This document shows positions 11,048 through 22,254 of a stretch of 64,000 bases of DNA, one piece after another. The stretch covers positions 2,048,001 to 2,112,000 of the forward strand of contig CBDCDZ010000004.1 of NCBI GenBank assembly GCA_965215565.1, given 5' to 3'. The stretch comes from Trueperaceae bacterium (lineage in GTDB: Bacteria; Deinococcota; Deinococci; Deinococcales; Trueperaceae). The notes under the pieces were generated by a model. It was not told the origin of the DNA. It searched no databases and saw nothing but the letters and a program-made list of their open reading frames with translations. The translations under genes and the position numbers were made by a program. Positions within the stretch are counted from its first letter, which is position 1; every line of letters begins with the position of its first letter.

Positions 11048-12265
11048 ATGTTCCCCCTGCCCAACGCGCGCGGGCGCTACGGCGAATTCGGCGGACGCTA
11101 CGTCCCTGAAACGCTCATCCCCGCTCTAGACGAACTCACCGAAGCGTACGACAACGCTGCTGCCGACGCTGACTTTCAAGCCGAATTTCGGCATTATTTA
11201 GAAACGTTTGTCGGACGTCCCAGCCTACTCTACTTGGCGGAAAATCTGACGAAGCACTGCGGCGGCGCGAAAATCTACCTCAAGCGCGAAGACTTGAACC
11301 ACACAGGCGCGCACAAGATCAACAACACCGTCGGGCAGGCGCTTTTAGCGAAAAAGCTCGGCAAGGCGCGCGTCATCGCGGAGACGGGCGCGGGACAGCA
11401 CGGCGTGGCGACGGCGACGGCAGCGGCGTTGTTCGGTTTGGAGTGCGTCGTCTACATGGGCGAAGAGGACGTGCGGCGGCAAGCGCTGAACGTCTTTCGG
11501 ATGAAGCTTTTGGGCGCGGAGGTGCGCGAGGTCACGAGCGGCACGCGCACGCTCAAAGACGCGACGAACGAGGCCATTCGCGATTGGGTCACAAACGTGA
11601 GGGACACCTTTTACATCATCGGCTCGGTGGTGGGACCGCACCCGTACCCGAAGATCGTGCGCGACTTTCAGAGCGTGATCGGGCTCGAGACGATGAGCCA
11701 ACTTCAAGCGAGAGAGGGGCGGCGCACCCCGGACGCCGTCGTCGCGTGCGTCGGCGGCGGCTCGAACGCCATCGGACTTTTTGCCCCTTACGCTTATATG
11801 GACGACGCCGAGCGCCCTAAACTCTACGGCGTCGAGGCGGCGGGGCACGGCGTCGGCACGCTCTCGCACGCGGCGAGCATCTCGGCAGGTAAAAAGGGCG
11901 TGCTACACGGCGCGCTCATGTACCTGATGAGCGACGGCGACGGGCAGATTTCGCCCGCGCACTCCGTCTCGGCGGGGCTCGACTACCCCGGCGTCGGACC
12001 GGAGCACTCGTACTACGCGGACGCGGGATTGGCGCAGTACGTCGGCGTGGACGACGCGCAAGCGCTAGAAGCGTTTCGGACGCTGAGCGAGATCGAGGGC
12101 ATCATCCCCGCCTTGGAAACGGCGCACGCCGTCTACTTCGCGACGCAACTCGCGCCCAAGATGTCCCCTGACGAAGTCATCGTCGTCAACCTCTCGGGGC
12201 GCGGCGACAAGGATGTAAACGAGGCGATGCGCGTGCTCAAGATGGGCGAAGAGGTAGCGTCGTGA
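11048..12265 (+). CDS. trpB: Tryptophan synthase beta chain
   Basis: [48 protein letters not shown]. Confidence 0.98.
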   Translation: MFPLPNARGRYGEFGGRYVPETLIPALDELTEAYDNAAADADFQAEFRHYLETFVGRPSLLYLAENLTKHCGGAKIYLKREDLNHTGAHKINNTVGQALLAKKLGKARVIAETGAGQHGVATATAAALFGLECVVYMGEEDVRRQALNVFRMKLLGAEVREVTSGTRTLKDATNEAIRDWVTNVRDTFYIIGSVVGPHPYPKIVRDFQSVIGLETMSQLQAREGRRTPDAVVACVGGGSNAIGLFAPYAYMDDAERPKLYGVEAAGHGVGTLSHAASISAGKKGVLHGALMYLMSDGDGQISPAHSVSAGLDYPGVGPEHSYYADAGLAQYVGVDDAQALEAFRTLSEIEGIIPALETAHAVYFATQLAPKMSPDEVIVVNLSGRGDKDVNEAMRVLKMGEEVAS

Positions 12266-13062
12266 GCCGCATCGACGCCGCTTTTGAACGCGCGAAAAGC
12301 GAAGGGCGCGCCGCCTTTGTACCCTTCTTGACTGCTGGCTATCCCGATGAAACGACGTTTTTAGAGGCGGCAAGGGCTCTCTTAGAAGTCGCTGACGTTT
12401 TAGAGGTCGGGCTGCCGTACTCCGATCCGCTAGGTGATGGTCCCACCATTCAGCGCTCCTCGGAGCAGGTTTTAGGGCAGGGGATGACCACGCAAAAGAC
12501 CCTGGGCCTCATCAGCGAACTACGTAAGTCGAGCGACAAAGCCATTGTGATGATGACGTATTACAACCCCATCTACTGCTATGAGCGCGGCGAGACAGGT
12601 TTCATGGAGGACCTCAAGGCGTCGGGCGCAGACGGCGTCATCTTGCCCGACCTGCCGCCCGACGAGGGCGACACGCTCATCCAAGCGGCGCGGGACAACG
12701 ACTTGGACACGGTCTTCTTGGTTGCGCCCACCTCGACAGAAGCGCGGCTCGAGCTTGTCACTGGGGCGTGCCGCGGCTTTATCTATGCCGTCTCCGTGAC
12801 AGGGGTAACGGGCGCGAGAGAGGCGCTGCCCGCTGACGTGCCCAACCTGGTCTCGAGGGTCAGAGCCGTGAGCGATTTGCCCGTCGCCGTAGGCTTCGGC
12901 GTCGCGAACGCACAGACCGCCAAGCCCGTCGCCGCCGTCGCGGACGGCGTCGTCGTCGGCTCAGCGTTGATTGCGGGTCTAGCGCAAAACCGAGACATCC
13001 GCCCGCTCGCGCAAGAGATTGCGCAGGCGTGTCGGAAAGAGGTGGCGGTGGAGGTTTTGTAA
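12262..13062 (+). CDS. trpA: Tryptophan synthase alpha chain
   Basis: [34 protein letters not shown]. Confidence 0.97.
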   Translation: MSRIDAAFERAKSEGRAAFVPFLTAGYPDETTFLEAARALLEVADVLEVGLPYSDPLGDGPTIQRSSEQVLGQGMTTQKTLGLISELRKSSDKAIVMMTYYNPIYCYERGETGFMEDLKASGADGVILPDLPPDEGDTLIQAARDNDLDTVFLVAPTSTEARLELVTGACRGFIYAVSVTGVTGAREALPADVPNLVSRVRAVSDLPVAVGFGVANAQTAKPVAAVADGVVVGSALIAGLAQNRDIRPLAQEIAQACRKEVAVEVL

Positions 13063-13124
13063 GAATAGGGAGACGAGTTACGTTTTCAGAGAAGTCAGGG
13101 TTCAAAACCATTCGTTCGTGACTA

Positions 13125-13272
13125 GGCTCTGTTGACTTTTCAAACTGTCCTCTATAAGGCTTGCCTTTTTGCACGCAAGAAGTAGGAAGCAAGAAGACCA
13201 TAGAGCACATAGGTTTACCTTGTCTGTGGGGGCGATGAGCAACGTTCTCAAAGGGCAAATGTCAACACAACC
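13125..13272. mobile_element. 148-bp MITE with the same ends as the IS5-family element at 50477-51294
   Basis: TA-GGCTCTGTTGAC...ATGTCAACACAACC-TA, inserted in a CTAG context; no transposase ORF. Confidence 0.88.
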
Positions 13273-13356
13273 TAGAGGAAATCCTCTGAGGTTTCGCAAG
13301 ATTACACGATCAGCTCGACTGAATCCATCAGCGCTTTTATACTGGCTACCGCACCC

Positions 13357-13977
13357 TCAAAACGCCTCTCGCACCGACACCTCGTCCCCCAGACGGCGGT
13401 ACGCCTCTTCGGACAGGAGCAAGTCGGCGTTGGTCACGTCGCCGCTCACGACGCGCACCAAAAGGGGTTGGCTCCGCTCGGAGCGCAAGAGCAGGAGTTG
13501 CCCCGGCTCGTGAAAGCGCGAGGCGATCTGAAAACCGCTCAAGCTCGCCGAGGGCGCGGCGCTGAGGCGCTCGGGCGCAGCGCTAAGCAGTTCTAGTCGG
13601 ACCCTAGCCGTGCCGCTGCCAATCATATTGATGCGCTCCGCCGCCGCCCTCGAGAGGTCGATGACGCGCCGCCCCACGAAGGGTCCCCTGTCGTTGATGC
13701 GCACCACCACGCTGCGCCCATTTCCCAGATGCGTCACCCGCACGAGCGTGTCGAAAGGCAGCGTCTGGTGCGCCGCTGTAAGTTGCGAGGGATCGAAGAT
13801 TTCGCCGTTGGCGGTGGGACGCCCAACGAAGTTCGGTCCGTACCAAGACGCCGTGCCGTCCTGATAAAAGGTGGCAGCGCCCGCGGTTGTGCTTGCCGGA
13901 TTAGACGTAGCGGAGCGCGTCTGCGGGGCGCAGGCGATGAGGCTGAGCAAGAGGATAAGGGGCAAGATGCGGTTCAT
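13357..13977 (-). CDS. rlpA: RlpA-family septal ring lytic transglycosylase lipoprotein
   Basis: Lipobox LIAC, GTASWYG, TANGE, TAAHQTLPF, VRINDRGPF, IDLSRAAA. Confidence 0.92.
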   Translation of the reverse strand: MNRILPLILLLSLIACAPQTRSATSNPASTTAGAATFYQDGTASWYGPNFVGRPTANGEIFDPSQLTAAHQTLPFDTLVRVTHLGNGRSVVVRINDRGPFVGRRVIDLSRAAAERINMIGSGTARVRLELLSAAPERLSAAPSASLSGFQIASRFHEPGQLLLLRSERSQPLLVRVVSGDVTNADLLLSEEAYRRLGDEVSVREAF

Positions 13978-14111
13978 ACGCCACTATACCTAGTGGTCGA
14001 GCGGTTGAGATTAGGACTAGGTAGGGTTACGCTTTCGTGACCGTATTGCTTTCGTCCTCTCCCTAAAAGTCCGTGTCAGGCGAGAGGTTCGCTATTCGGC
14101 CGCCCGACAGC

Positions 14112-14142
14112 AAAAACGCAGCGGTCAGGAAACCGCTGCGTC
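14112..14142 (-). terminator. Intrinsic terminator
   Basis: Minus strand GACGCAGCGGT-TTCCTG-ACCGCTGCGT followed by a T run, downstream of the 14322-14513 gene. Confidence 0.7.
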
Positions 14143-14147
14143 AAGAG

Positions 14148-14261
14148 GTAGTGGCTTTATCTGGAGTGATACAGGTCCTAAAGCAAGGGGTTGAAACCCC
14201 TTGCCCATCACGCGGAGACAGCAGAAGAATCACACGGTAGCGTTCGACTTAGGACCACTAC
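14148..14261 (+). repeat. Small dispersed repeat family A, copy 3
   Basis: GTAGTGG...CCACTAC ends, core GCAAGGGGTTGAAACCCCTTGC. Confidence 0.85.
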
Positions 14262-14321
14262 CCGTCAAGAAAATATCCGCTCGAGTTAAGGGCAGTTTGT
14301 ACAAGACACCTCAACCTCTCA

Positions 14322-14513
14322 CTACATCCAGAGCCGACGCGCCAACTCCTGCTGGGCGAGCACGAACGCCTCGTAATCCTCGATGCGGGCGGTACCTTCG
14401 GAGATAGATTCCTCGCACGTCGCGATGACTTCGCGTAATTCCTGATTGGAGAGCTGCGGGATGCTCTCATGAACGTTGCTCGGACCGATGTTAAATTCAC
14501 TGTGTTGAACCAT
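14322..14513 (-). CDS. Small hypothetical protein, 63 aa
   Basis: Strong SD (AAGGGAGG) before the ATG, helical protein-like composition, own terminator downstream. Confidence 0.7.
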   Translation of the reverse strand: MVQHSEFNIGPSNVHESIPQLSNQELREVIATCEESISEGTARIEDYEAFVLAQQELARRLWM

Positions 14514-14645
14514 AGACCTTGCCTCCCTTGGTACCTAGAGAGTAGCAGAGTGATTCTTACACAATTCTCACAAAGAGATTTTAGGGCTTTAATGTTCCTT
14601 CATTGCGGGTTGGACGAGGGTAAGGGTCAACCAGGTTTGACTTTA

Positions 14646-14779
14646 TAGCAAGTATCATTTGGTTTGAGCCAATCTGAGAGGAGAGCGCACGCTTGCCAGG
14701 CAGCAAACTTGCGTAACTAGCACGCACTTAATTGTGATGATACTTGCGTGATTCAAGCTCAGTACTTACATTAGTTGCT
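14646..14779 (+). repeat. Small dispersed structured repeat family B, copy 1
   Basis: TAGCAAGTATCAT...CTAGCACGCAC...ATGATACTTGC...CTCAG; similar to five other copies. Confidence 0.7.
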
Positions 14780-14973
14780 TCATAGCGCTCTAGTTGGGGC
14801 GCAGGATAAGGGCAGAGGGTTGTCAAGGGTTGGTCACGCCCTCGAGCCTGCTCCACTATCCCTAGCCGCCTCTTTCTCTAATCGACAACCGACTAACCTG
14901 AGTTCGAACAACGTCTCGCATAATTCTTCGCAGGCAAAAGCTGGAGCTACACAAGGCCATGTATGCTAGCCCT

Positions 14974-15732
14974 ATGATCGATACCCACTGTCACCTCGAC
15001 TACTGTGAAGACCCCGAACGCGCTGCCGACGCAGGTTTAGACGCCATCGTCAGCGTCGGCACGACCTTAGAGCGCTGCAAGAGGACGCTGCAACTCGCTG
15101 AGAAGTTCGAGCATGTGTGGGCGGCGGTAGGCATCCATCCGAACGACGTAGAGGAGGCGGCTGAACCTCTTATCCGCGAGCAGATTGAAGCGCTCGCGCG
15201 TCACCCCAAAGTCGTCGCCATCGGCGAGACGGGCGTAGACACTTACTGGGACAAGCACCCCGTCGCGCTGCAGCGCGAGAGCTTCGCCTGGCAAGCCGAA
15301 CTCGCTAAGCGGTTGGACAAACCGCTCATCTTGCACGTGCGCGACAAAAAGGGATTGGAGGACGCCTCTTTAGAGGCGGCTCACCTCATCACCGAAGCCG
15401 CGCATCCCAAAGGTATTTTGCATTGCTTCAACGGTCACGAGGGACTGCTGGAGGCGGGGCTGGCGCTCGGCTGGTACGTCTCTTTCGCGGGCAACCTTAC
15501 CTACAAAAACGCCAAGCCGATTCAAGCCGCCGCCAAGCGTGTTCCGCACGAACGGCTCCTTGTCGAGACGGACAGCCCCTACCTCACGCCGCGGGCGAAG
15601 CGCGGCGAGCGTAACGTTCCAGGGAACGTGCGGCTCACCGCCCGGTTTCTAGCGGAGCTGCGCGGGGAGAGTTTGGCGAGCACCGAAGAGGTGACCGACG
15701 CCAACGCGAGGCGCGTGTACAGTCTGCCTTGA
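14974..15732 (+). CDS. tatD: TatD-family hydrolase/DNase
   Basis: IDTHCHLD, GIHP, AIGETGVD, ILHCF, LLVETDSPYL. Confidence 0.95.
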   Translation: MIDTHCHLDYCEDPERAADAGLDAIVSVGTTLERCKRTLQLAEKFEHVWAAVGIHPNDVEEAAEPLIREQIEALARHPKVVAIGETGVDTYWDKHPVALQRESFAWQAELAKRLDKPLILHVRDKKGLEDASLEAAHLITEAAHPKGILHCFNGHEGLLEAGLALGWYVSFAGNLTYKNAKPIQAAAKRVPHERLLVETDSPYLTPRAKRGERNVPGNVRLTARFLAELRGESLASTEEVTDANARRVYSLP

Positions 15733-15917
15733 CGTTCGAATTTGAGCAGAACGGCGAAGCTGCGCGCGTGTCGCACCGGGTTGAGTACGGTGTATTCTCT
15801 TGCAAGATGTTTCTAGGTATTTGCATACTCTTTACAGCCTGATAAACGATGCTTTAGGATAAACCTGCAACAGCTTAGAGAAATTAGGTGCAGGTCTCGA
15901 GCCCAAGGGAGAAGAGG

Positions 15918-17648
15918 ATGAACCTATCTGTTCAGGCGTTAATCGCGTTTACGCCCATCCTAGCCGCTGCGGTTATGCTCGTCGGGCTGCGCTGGCCCGC
16001 CCGCTTTGCCATGCCAATCGTTTACGTTGTAGCGGCGATTCTCGCGCTGGCGGTGTGGGGCGTGCCTTTCGCGCAGGTCGCCGCTTCGACAGTCGAAGGG
16101 CTCTTTATCACCTTCGACATCTTGTTCATCATCTTCGGGGCGATCTTACTTTTGAACGCGCTCGAGCAGTCCGGCGCGATCCAGACCATTCGGGCGAACT
16201 TCGTCAGTATCAGCACCGACCGGCGGGTCCAGATCGTCATCATCGCCTGGCTCTTCGGCTCCTTTTTGGAGGGCGCGGCGGGCTTCGGCACCGCCGCCGC
16301 CATCGCCGCGCCCCTCATGGTCGCGCTCGGCTTTCCGGCGATGGCGGCCGTGGTCGTCGGCATGATGATCCAGAGCACGCCCGTGACCTTCGGCGCGATC
16401 GGCACGCCTATCGTCATCGGCGTGACGGGCGGGCTAGAAAGCTCGCAAGCTACGGCTCAGTTGGAGGCGGCCGGGGTCTCCTTCGACAGCTATTTGCAAC
16501 TCGTCACGGCGGAGTCCGCCATCATTCACGGCATCGTCGGCACGCTCATTCCCCTTTTCATGGTGATGATGGTAACGCGCTTTTTCGGCAAAAACGATTC
16601 GTGGACCGAAGGGCTGTCCATCGCGCCCTTCGCAATTTTTGGCGGGCTCGCCTTTACGGTTCCCTACATGCTTACGGGCATCTTTTTAGGGCCGGAGTTC
16701 CCCTCGCTCATTGGCTCACTAGTCGGTCTCGCTATCGTCACTTTTGCGGCGCAACGCGGCTTTTTGTTGCCGGAGGATACCTGGGACTTTCCGCCCAGGG
16801 ACGAGTGGAGCGAGCGCTGGCTCGGCAGCATAGAAGATCAACTCGACACCACCACCGAAAAGGTCATGTCCACCTGGATGGCGTGGACGCCCTACGTACT
16901 CCTCGCCCTGCTCCTGGTCGCGAGCCGCATCATCACGCCCTTTAAGGACGCGCTGCAAGCCCCGACATTCAACCTGCCGAACCTCTTCGGTACGGAGATT
17001 ACACCCGCAACCTCGCCGCTCTACTTGCCCGGTTTTATCCTTATCATCGTCGTCGCGATTACCTTTTTCTTGCACCGCATGTCAGGTGAAGGGCTCAGCA
17101 AAGCCGTGCGCACCTCGGGGCAGACCCTCCTGGGCGCGGGCGTCGTCCTCGTCTTCACCGTGCCGATGGTGCGCATCTATATCAATTCGGACATGAACGC
17201 GGCTGACTTAGCGAGTATGCCCGTGGCGATGGGCGAGTGGGTCGCGCTGGTCGCGGGCGGCGTGTGGCCCTTTTTCGCGCCGACGATTGGTGCATTAGGC
17301 GCGTTCATCGCAGGCAGCAACACGATCAGCAACCTCATGTTTAGCTTGTTCCAGTTCAGTGTGGCGCAGCAGCTCGCGGTTTCTACAGCGGTCGTGGTGG
17401 CGCTGCAAGCGGTGGGCGCGGCGGCGGGCAACATGATTGCGATTCACAACGTGGTGGCGGCGTCCGCGACGGTGGGGCTTTTAGACCGAGAAGGTGACGT
17501 GCTGCGCCGGACGATTTTGCCGACGATTTACTACGTTGTCTTTGCAGGGATTTTGGGGATGGTTGCGATTTACCTCTTGGGCGTTTCTGCGCCCGAACTA
17601 GGCGGAGCGCAAGCGGCGGCGGAGGTATCGGCTCGGCCATCGCCGTAG
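15918..17648 (+). CDS. L-lactate permease (LctP family)
   Basis: Polytopic membrane protein; [42 protein letters not shown]; start placed at MNLSV after an SD. Confidence 0.92.
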   Translation: MNLSVQALIAFTPILAAAVMLVGLRWPARFAMPIVYVVAAILALAVWGVPFAQVAASTVEGLFITFDILFIIFGAILLLNALEQSGAIQTIRANFVSISTDRRVQIVIIAWLFGSFLEGAAGFGTAAAIAAPLMVALGFPAMAAVVVGMMIQSTPVTFGAIGTPIVIGVTGGLESSQATAQLEAAGVSFDSYLQLVTAESAIIHGIVGTLIPLFMVMMVTRFFGKNDSWTEGLSIAPFAIFGGLAFTVPYMLTGIFLGPEFPSLIGSLVGLAIVTFAAQRGFLLPEDTWDFPPRDEWSERWLGSIEDQLDTTTEKVMSTWMAWTPYVLLALLLVASRIITPFKDALQAPTFNLPNLFGTEITPATSPLYLPGFILIIVVAITFFLHRMSGEGLSKAVRTSGQTLLGAGVVLVFTVPMVRIYINSDMNAADLASMPVAMGEWVALVAGGVWPFFAPTIGALGAFIAGSNTISNLMFSLFQFSVAQQLAVSTAVVVALQAVGAAAGNMIAIHNVVAASATVGLLDREGDVLRRTILPTIYYVVFAGILGMVAIYLLGVSAPELGGAQAAAEVSARPSP

Positions 17649-17761
17649 CGATAAGCTGGTCAGTGGGAGCGATTCATGAACTATACACCGCGCAAACGAA
17701 ATGTTTGGAGCGAGCAGTGTAGAAAGTATAAGTACCGTGAGTTCAGAAAGAGAACAAGAGG

Positions 17762-18160
17762 TTAAAGTTTTTTGCCTGCCCATTCCTCAAGGCAGCAAAA
17801 GAACATTACCGACAAATTTCCGCTAGACCAATCCACAAAGCGTTCTGTTTCATTGTCATTTAGAACACGAGAGGTCGTCAAGTTGAGGTTGGCAGCCTCT
17901 TTCTCAATCATCCAAAAAGGCGTGCCTCCGTCATTAGTGAATAACTGAGGACGTATTACAACAACATCGCTCTCATGCCAGAACTTATCGCCTTCCCACG
18001 CCTCTCTAACTGCCCTACTGACCATAGCTAGCCGTCGCCCTCCGTATATATTGGGATGTCGAGAACAGGGCTCTCCTATGTAACGCATTGAGAAAAGTTT
18101 AGCACGAAGTTTCATCGCTGAACGGTGCAAAAGCTGTACAGAACGCTTGAATATGATCAT
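17762..18160 (-). CDS. Possible hypothetical protein in a low-GC insert
   Basis: Only long ORF in an AT-richer 500-bp segment; no recognisable motif and the start is uncertain. Confidence 0.35.
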   Translation of the reverse strand: MIIFKRSVQLLHRSAMKLRAKLFSMRYIGEPCSRHPNIYGGRRLAMVSRAVREAWEGDKFWHESDVVVIRPQLFTNDGGTPFWMIEKEAANLNLTTSRVLNDNETERFVDWSSGNLSVMFFCCLEEWAGKKL

Positions 18161-18193
18161 GTGAGTGAGATTCGTGAACCTCTCCTACTCCAC

Positions 18194-20116
18194 TTAATCC
18201 GCCGCCTGTGACCTCTCCTGATACTGCAACTCGTAGAGCTTGCGGTAGTACCCCTCTTCTTCTAACAGCTCGAAGTGGTTGCCCTGCTCGATCAACTTGC
18301 CCTTTTTCATGACCATGATGCGGTCGGCGTCTTGGATGGTCGATAAGCGGTGCGCGATGATGATGCTCGTGCGCCCTTGCATGAGCTTCTCCAAGGCGTC
18401 TTGGATAAGCTCCTCGGTTTCGGTGTCTACGTTGGCGGTGGCTTCGTCTAAAACCAAGAGGATGTCAGGATTTTGGACCAAAGCCCTGGCGAACGCAATA
18501 AGCTGCTTTTGCCCTGTGGAGAACCCCGCACCTCTTTCCAACACTGGGCTGTCATAGCCTTGCGGCAACTTTTCGATAAAGCCGTGCGCGTTGACGAACT
18601 TAGCAGCTTTGACGACGCGCTCTAAAGGAATCGAATCGTCATTGAGCGTGATGTTGCTCCTTACCGTGCCGCTGAACAAGAACGGGTCTTGCAAGACGAT
18701 ACCCACGTGCCGCCGCAGTTCGATTTGGTCGTAGTCGCGCACGTCCTTGCCATCGATTTTGATAGACCCGCGCTGCACGTCGTAAAAGCGGCTCACGAGG
18801 CTGATGATCGTTGTCTTACCTGCGCCTGTATGCCCAACGAAGGCGACGGACTCCCCTGGCTCAATCGTGAAGTTCAGGTCGCGCAGCACCCACTCGTCCT
18901 CTTGGTAGGCGAACGACACATCTTCGAACTTGATCTCGCCACGGAACTTGCTCTCGAAGTGGGCGGGGTCGGGGCGGTTCGTGACCGCTTCGGGCGTGTC
19001 CAAAAGTTGAAAGATACGTTCAGACGACGCCATCGCTGCCTGCAAGATGTTGTAGCGGTCGCTCAGGTTCTGGATCGGGCGGAAGAAGTCCCCGGAGTAC
19101 TGCAAAAACGCCGTCAGCACGCCAATCGTCACCGCGCCCCCTGCGTTAGGTCCTAAAATCTGCGTCGCGCCGTAAAAGAGAATCATCGCCGTAGCGAGTG
19201 CGCCGATGAGTTGCACCGTCGGGAAGAAAAGGCTGAACCATCTGACCTGCTCGATGTAGGCGTCTAAAAGGCGCAAGTTCATCTCGTCGAAGCGCTTTTG
19301 GTTGCGCTCCTCGCGGTTGAAAAGCTGAATCGTCTTCATCCCCGAGAGGTTTTCAGACAAGTACGAGTTCGAGCGCGACAAGCGAAGTCGCACGGCGCGG
19401 TAAGCATCGCGGATGCGCTTGCGCACGTAGTTGAGGATGAAGTAGAGCACGGGCATCACCGTCAGGGTGATGAGCGCGAGCTGCCAGTTGATGCTGAACA
19501 TGTAGACCGTCAAGCCGATCAAGAGACCGAAGTCCGCCACCATGCCCACCACGCCGTCCGTGACCATGCGCTCGATGGCTTCGATGTCGGAGGTGATGCG
19601 GGTGATGAGGCGTCCGACGGGGGTGCGGTCGAAAAAGCCCATGTGCATCCGCTGGACTTTGGAGAAAATCTCCTTGCGGATGTCGTAGATGACGTGCTGC
19701 CCCATCCACGAGACGAGGTAGGTGTAGCCGTAGCGCAGCCCGAAGTTGAGGAGGCGGAGGCCCATGTAGACCGACACAATAACGAGGATGCCCTCGTAGC
19801 GGGCGTCCACCGAGAGGTTGGTGAAAGGCTCGCTGACCGGGCGGATGTAGCGGTCGATGATGAGCGAGATGAGGTAGGGGAAGACGGGGACGATGGCGCT
19901 GTAGACCAAAAGTAAAGCCATCGCACCAAAGACCTGCTTGCGGTAGGGGCGCAAGTAGACGAGTAAGCGCTTGGTGATGTCCCAGTCGAAGGTCTTTTGA
20001 AACGCTTCGCCGTCCTCATCGAAGTCTCCCTCGCGGCGGAGCTGCTTGACGCGCTTTTTACGGTTGCGCTCGGCTTGGCGCTTCATCTCCTCAACGCTGT
20101 AGCTGATTTTAGACAT
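18194..20116 (-). CDS. ABC exporter ATP-binding/permease subunit (MdlB/TmrA-like)
   Basis: TMD plus NBD; GHTGAGKT, FSTGQKQ, VLDEAT, IAHRLST. Confidence 0.93.
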   Translation of the reverse strand: MSKISYSVEEMKRQAERNRKKRVKQLRREGDFDEDGEAFQKTFDWDITKRLLVYLRPYRKQVFGAMALLLVYSAIVPVFPYLISLIIDRYIRPVSEPFTNLSVDARYEGILVIVSVYMGLRLLNFGLRYGYTYLVSWMGQHVIYDIRKEIFSKVQRMHMGFFDRTPVGRLITRITSDIEAIERMVTDGVVGMVADFGLLIGLTVYMFSINWQLALITLTVMPVLYFILNYVRKRIRDAYRAVRLRLSRSNSYLSENLSGMKTIQLFNREERNQKRFDEMNLRLLDAYIEQVRWFSLFFPTVQLIGALATAMILFYGATQILGPNAGGAVTIGVLTAFLQYSGDFFRPIQNLSDRYNILQAAMASSERIFQLLDTPEAVTNRPDPAHFESKFRGEIKFEDVSFAYQEDEWVLRDLNFTIEPGESVAFVGHTGAGKTTIISLVSRFYDVQRGSIKIDGKDVRDYDQIELRRHVGIVLQDPFLFSGTVRSNITLNDDSIPLERVVKAAKFVNAHGFIEKLPQGYDSPVLERGAGFSTGQKQLIAFARALVQNPDILLVLDEATANVDTETEELIQDALEKLMQGRTSIIIAHRLSTIQDADRIMVMKKGKLIEQGNHFELLEEEGYYRKLYELQYQERSQAAD

Positions 20117-20167
20117 AACGTTCTCCTGTCGAACGTGATTGCATTAGGTTTCTTTTACTGAGAATTG

Positions 20168-20200
20168 GGGGTGCGAGCGCGTCCAGACGCGCTCGCACCT
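20168..20200. other. Strong GC-rich hairpin between the two ABC genes
   Basis: GGTGCGAGCGCGTC-CA-GACGCGCTCGCACC, with no adjacent U tract. Confidence 0.55.
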
Positions 20201-20207
20201 CAACCCC

Positions 20208-22061
20208 TCACGCCGCGTCTAACGACTCCTCCAACTGCTGTCGCCTGTCGATGTCGGCGTACCAGCCATCCAGGGCGATGAGTTCCTCGTGCGAGCCCTC
20301 CTCGAGGATGCGCCCTTCTTCCAAGACGATGATACGGTCCGTATTCTGAAAGCCCGAGACGCGGTGCCCGACGATAATGCTGGTGCGCCCCGGCATCACC
20401 TCAGCGAGCCCGTCTAGGATGAGCGCTTCGGTCTGGGTGTCCACAGCGGAGAGGGCGTCATCCAGAATGAGGATGTTCGGATTGCGGATAATCGCCCGCG
20501 CCATCGCCGTGCGCTGCCGCTGACCACCCGAAAGCGTCACGCCGCGCTCGCCTAAACTCGTATCGTAGCCTTGCGGAAACTCTTCTACGTCGCCTGCAAG
20601 CTGCACGAGCCGCGCGACCTCTTGCGCTTTTAGCTTGAGCGCTTCGTCCGTGTCGTCAGGGATGCCATAGGCGATGTTATCCGCAATCGTATCCGAGAAG
20701 AGAAAGGGTTCTTGCGGCACCAGTCCGATGTGGCTGCGCAGGACTTGAAGCGGATACTTTTTGACGTCCACTCCGTCAATCAGCACCGTACCCGAGGTCG
20801 GGTCGATGAGGCGCGTGATGAGGTTGACGATGACGGTCTTGCCCGAGCCCGTATGCCCGGTGACGCCGATGCTCTCCCCCGCCCGGATGCGAAAGGAGAC
20901 GTTCTCCAAGGCGCGGAACTCGCCGAAGTCCACCGTCACGTCGCGGAATTCGATCTCGCCGCGCACGGTATTGAGGCTGTAGTCCGTGTTCTCGTCGTCC
21001 TGGATGTCGGGCTCCGCGTCGAAAATCTCCTTGAGGCGTCCCCAAGAGGTGTAGCCGCGCTGGGCGACGTTGGCAATCCAGCCGAGCGCCAAGAGCGGCC
21101 ACTGAATCAGCGCGAAGAGCAAGACGAAGTCAACGAACGAGCCGACACTCAAATTACCACCAAGCCCGAGCGTAAAGCGCCCGCCGACGAGTAACAGCGC
21201 AGAGATGGCGACGCCGAAGAGGAGTTCCATGAGCGGGAAAAGAGGTCCGTCCACCTTGGTTAGGGAGAGGTTGCGGCGGATGAACTCGTCGTTTAAGCGT
21301 CCGAAGGCGTCCGTCTCGCGCGCTTCGATGCCGAAGCCCTTGACGACGCGGATGCCGCTGAAGTTCTCCTGCGCCATCGCCGAGACGTTGGAAAACTGCT
21401 CCTGCACACGCTCGTAGCGGTGATAGACCATCCGCAAGAGGATGAAGAAGCTGACCGTAATAACGGGAATGATGAGCAGCGTCATCAGGGTCAAGTTGAC
21501 GTTGAGGTTGAACATCCGGTAGAGCGTGAAGCCGATGAGCAAGAATGTGTTGATACCCTGAAAGACGCCCACACCGATGAGCTGGCGCACCGCGCTCAAA
21601 TCCGCCGTGAGCCGCGCCATGAGGTCGCCGACGCGCGTGTTGTCGTAGTAATTCGTACTGAGGTCGGTGAAGTGGCCCATGAGGTCGTGGCGGATGTCAA
21701 ACTGGATTTCCCAACTGGCGTTGAGGATGGTGCGGCGCACCAAGATCATGGCATAGGCAGCGATACCCGCGACGAGCGCCAGCCCGATGATGTAGAGCCA
21801 GATGCTCGGGTTTTCGGGGGTCGTCGTGAGGTTGCGGTAGAGGTCTTGAAAGGTTTCTACATTGCTGAATAAACCGGCAAAGTAAGCCCAGGGAGGGGTA
21901 AGCGTCATCACTTCACGGTTAAAGGCGTCGATGGCGTTACCGATAATTCTGGGCGTTTGCACCGTAAAGAAGCTGTAAACGACGAGCATGAAGATGCCCA
22001 CCGAGAACTGTCTCGGGTAGCGGCGGATATAGGCGTAGAGTTCTTTCGTCATTTTTAGCAT
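20208..22061 (-). CDS. ABC exporter ATP-binding/permease subunit (MdlA/TmrB-like), heterodimer partner
   Basis: GHTGSGKT, LSGGQRQR, degenerate Walker B ILDDALSAVD; start shortened from the track ORF to 22061 (22052 is an alternative). Confidence 0.92.
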   Translation of the reverse strand: MLKMTKELYAYIRRYPRQFSVGIFMLVVYSFFTVQTPRIIGNAIDAFNREVMTLTPPWAYFAGLFSNVETFQDLYRNLTTTPENPSIWLYIIGLALVAGIAAYAMILVRRTILNASWEIQFDIRHDLMGHFTDLSTNYYDNTRVGDLMARLTADLSAVRQLIGVGVFQGINTFLLIGFTLYRMFNLNVNLTLMTLLIIPVITVSFFILLRMVYHRYERVQEQFSNVSAMAQENFSGIRVVKGFGIEARETDAFGRLNDEFIRRNLSLTKVDGPLFPLMELLFGVAISALLLVGGRFTLGLGGNLSVGSFVDFVLLFALIQWPLLALGWIANVAQRGYTSWGRLKEIFDAEPDIQDDENTDYSLNTVRGEIEFRDVTVDFGEFRALENVSFRIRAGESIGVTGHTGSGKTVIVNLITRLIDPTSGTVLIDGVDVKKYPLQVLRSHIGLVPQEPFLFSDTIADNIAYGIPDDTDEALKLKAQEVARLVQLAGDVEEFPQGYDTSLGERGVTLSGGQRQRTAMARAIIRNPNILILDDALSAVDTQTEALILDGLAEVMPGRTSIIVGHRVSGFQNTDRIIVLEEGRILEEGSHEELIALDGWYADIDRRQQLEESLDAA

Positions 22062-22254
22062 GAATTCCCCTACCCAAGTCGATTTTGATGGTCGCGGTGG
22101 TCGTGATTGATATTGATTTGTGGAGGCTCGAGGCGTCAAAAGCGCTAAGCAGCCTGTGATAGTAGCACGTTTCCAAAAGGCGAAGTTGACGCCCGCTAAC
22201 ACAACATGTAGAAGGGACGTAGCTAATCCACCGGCAGCACGCCGCTCTATTGAT

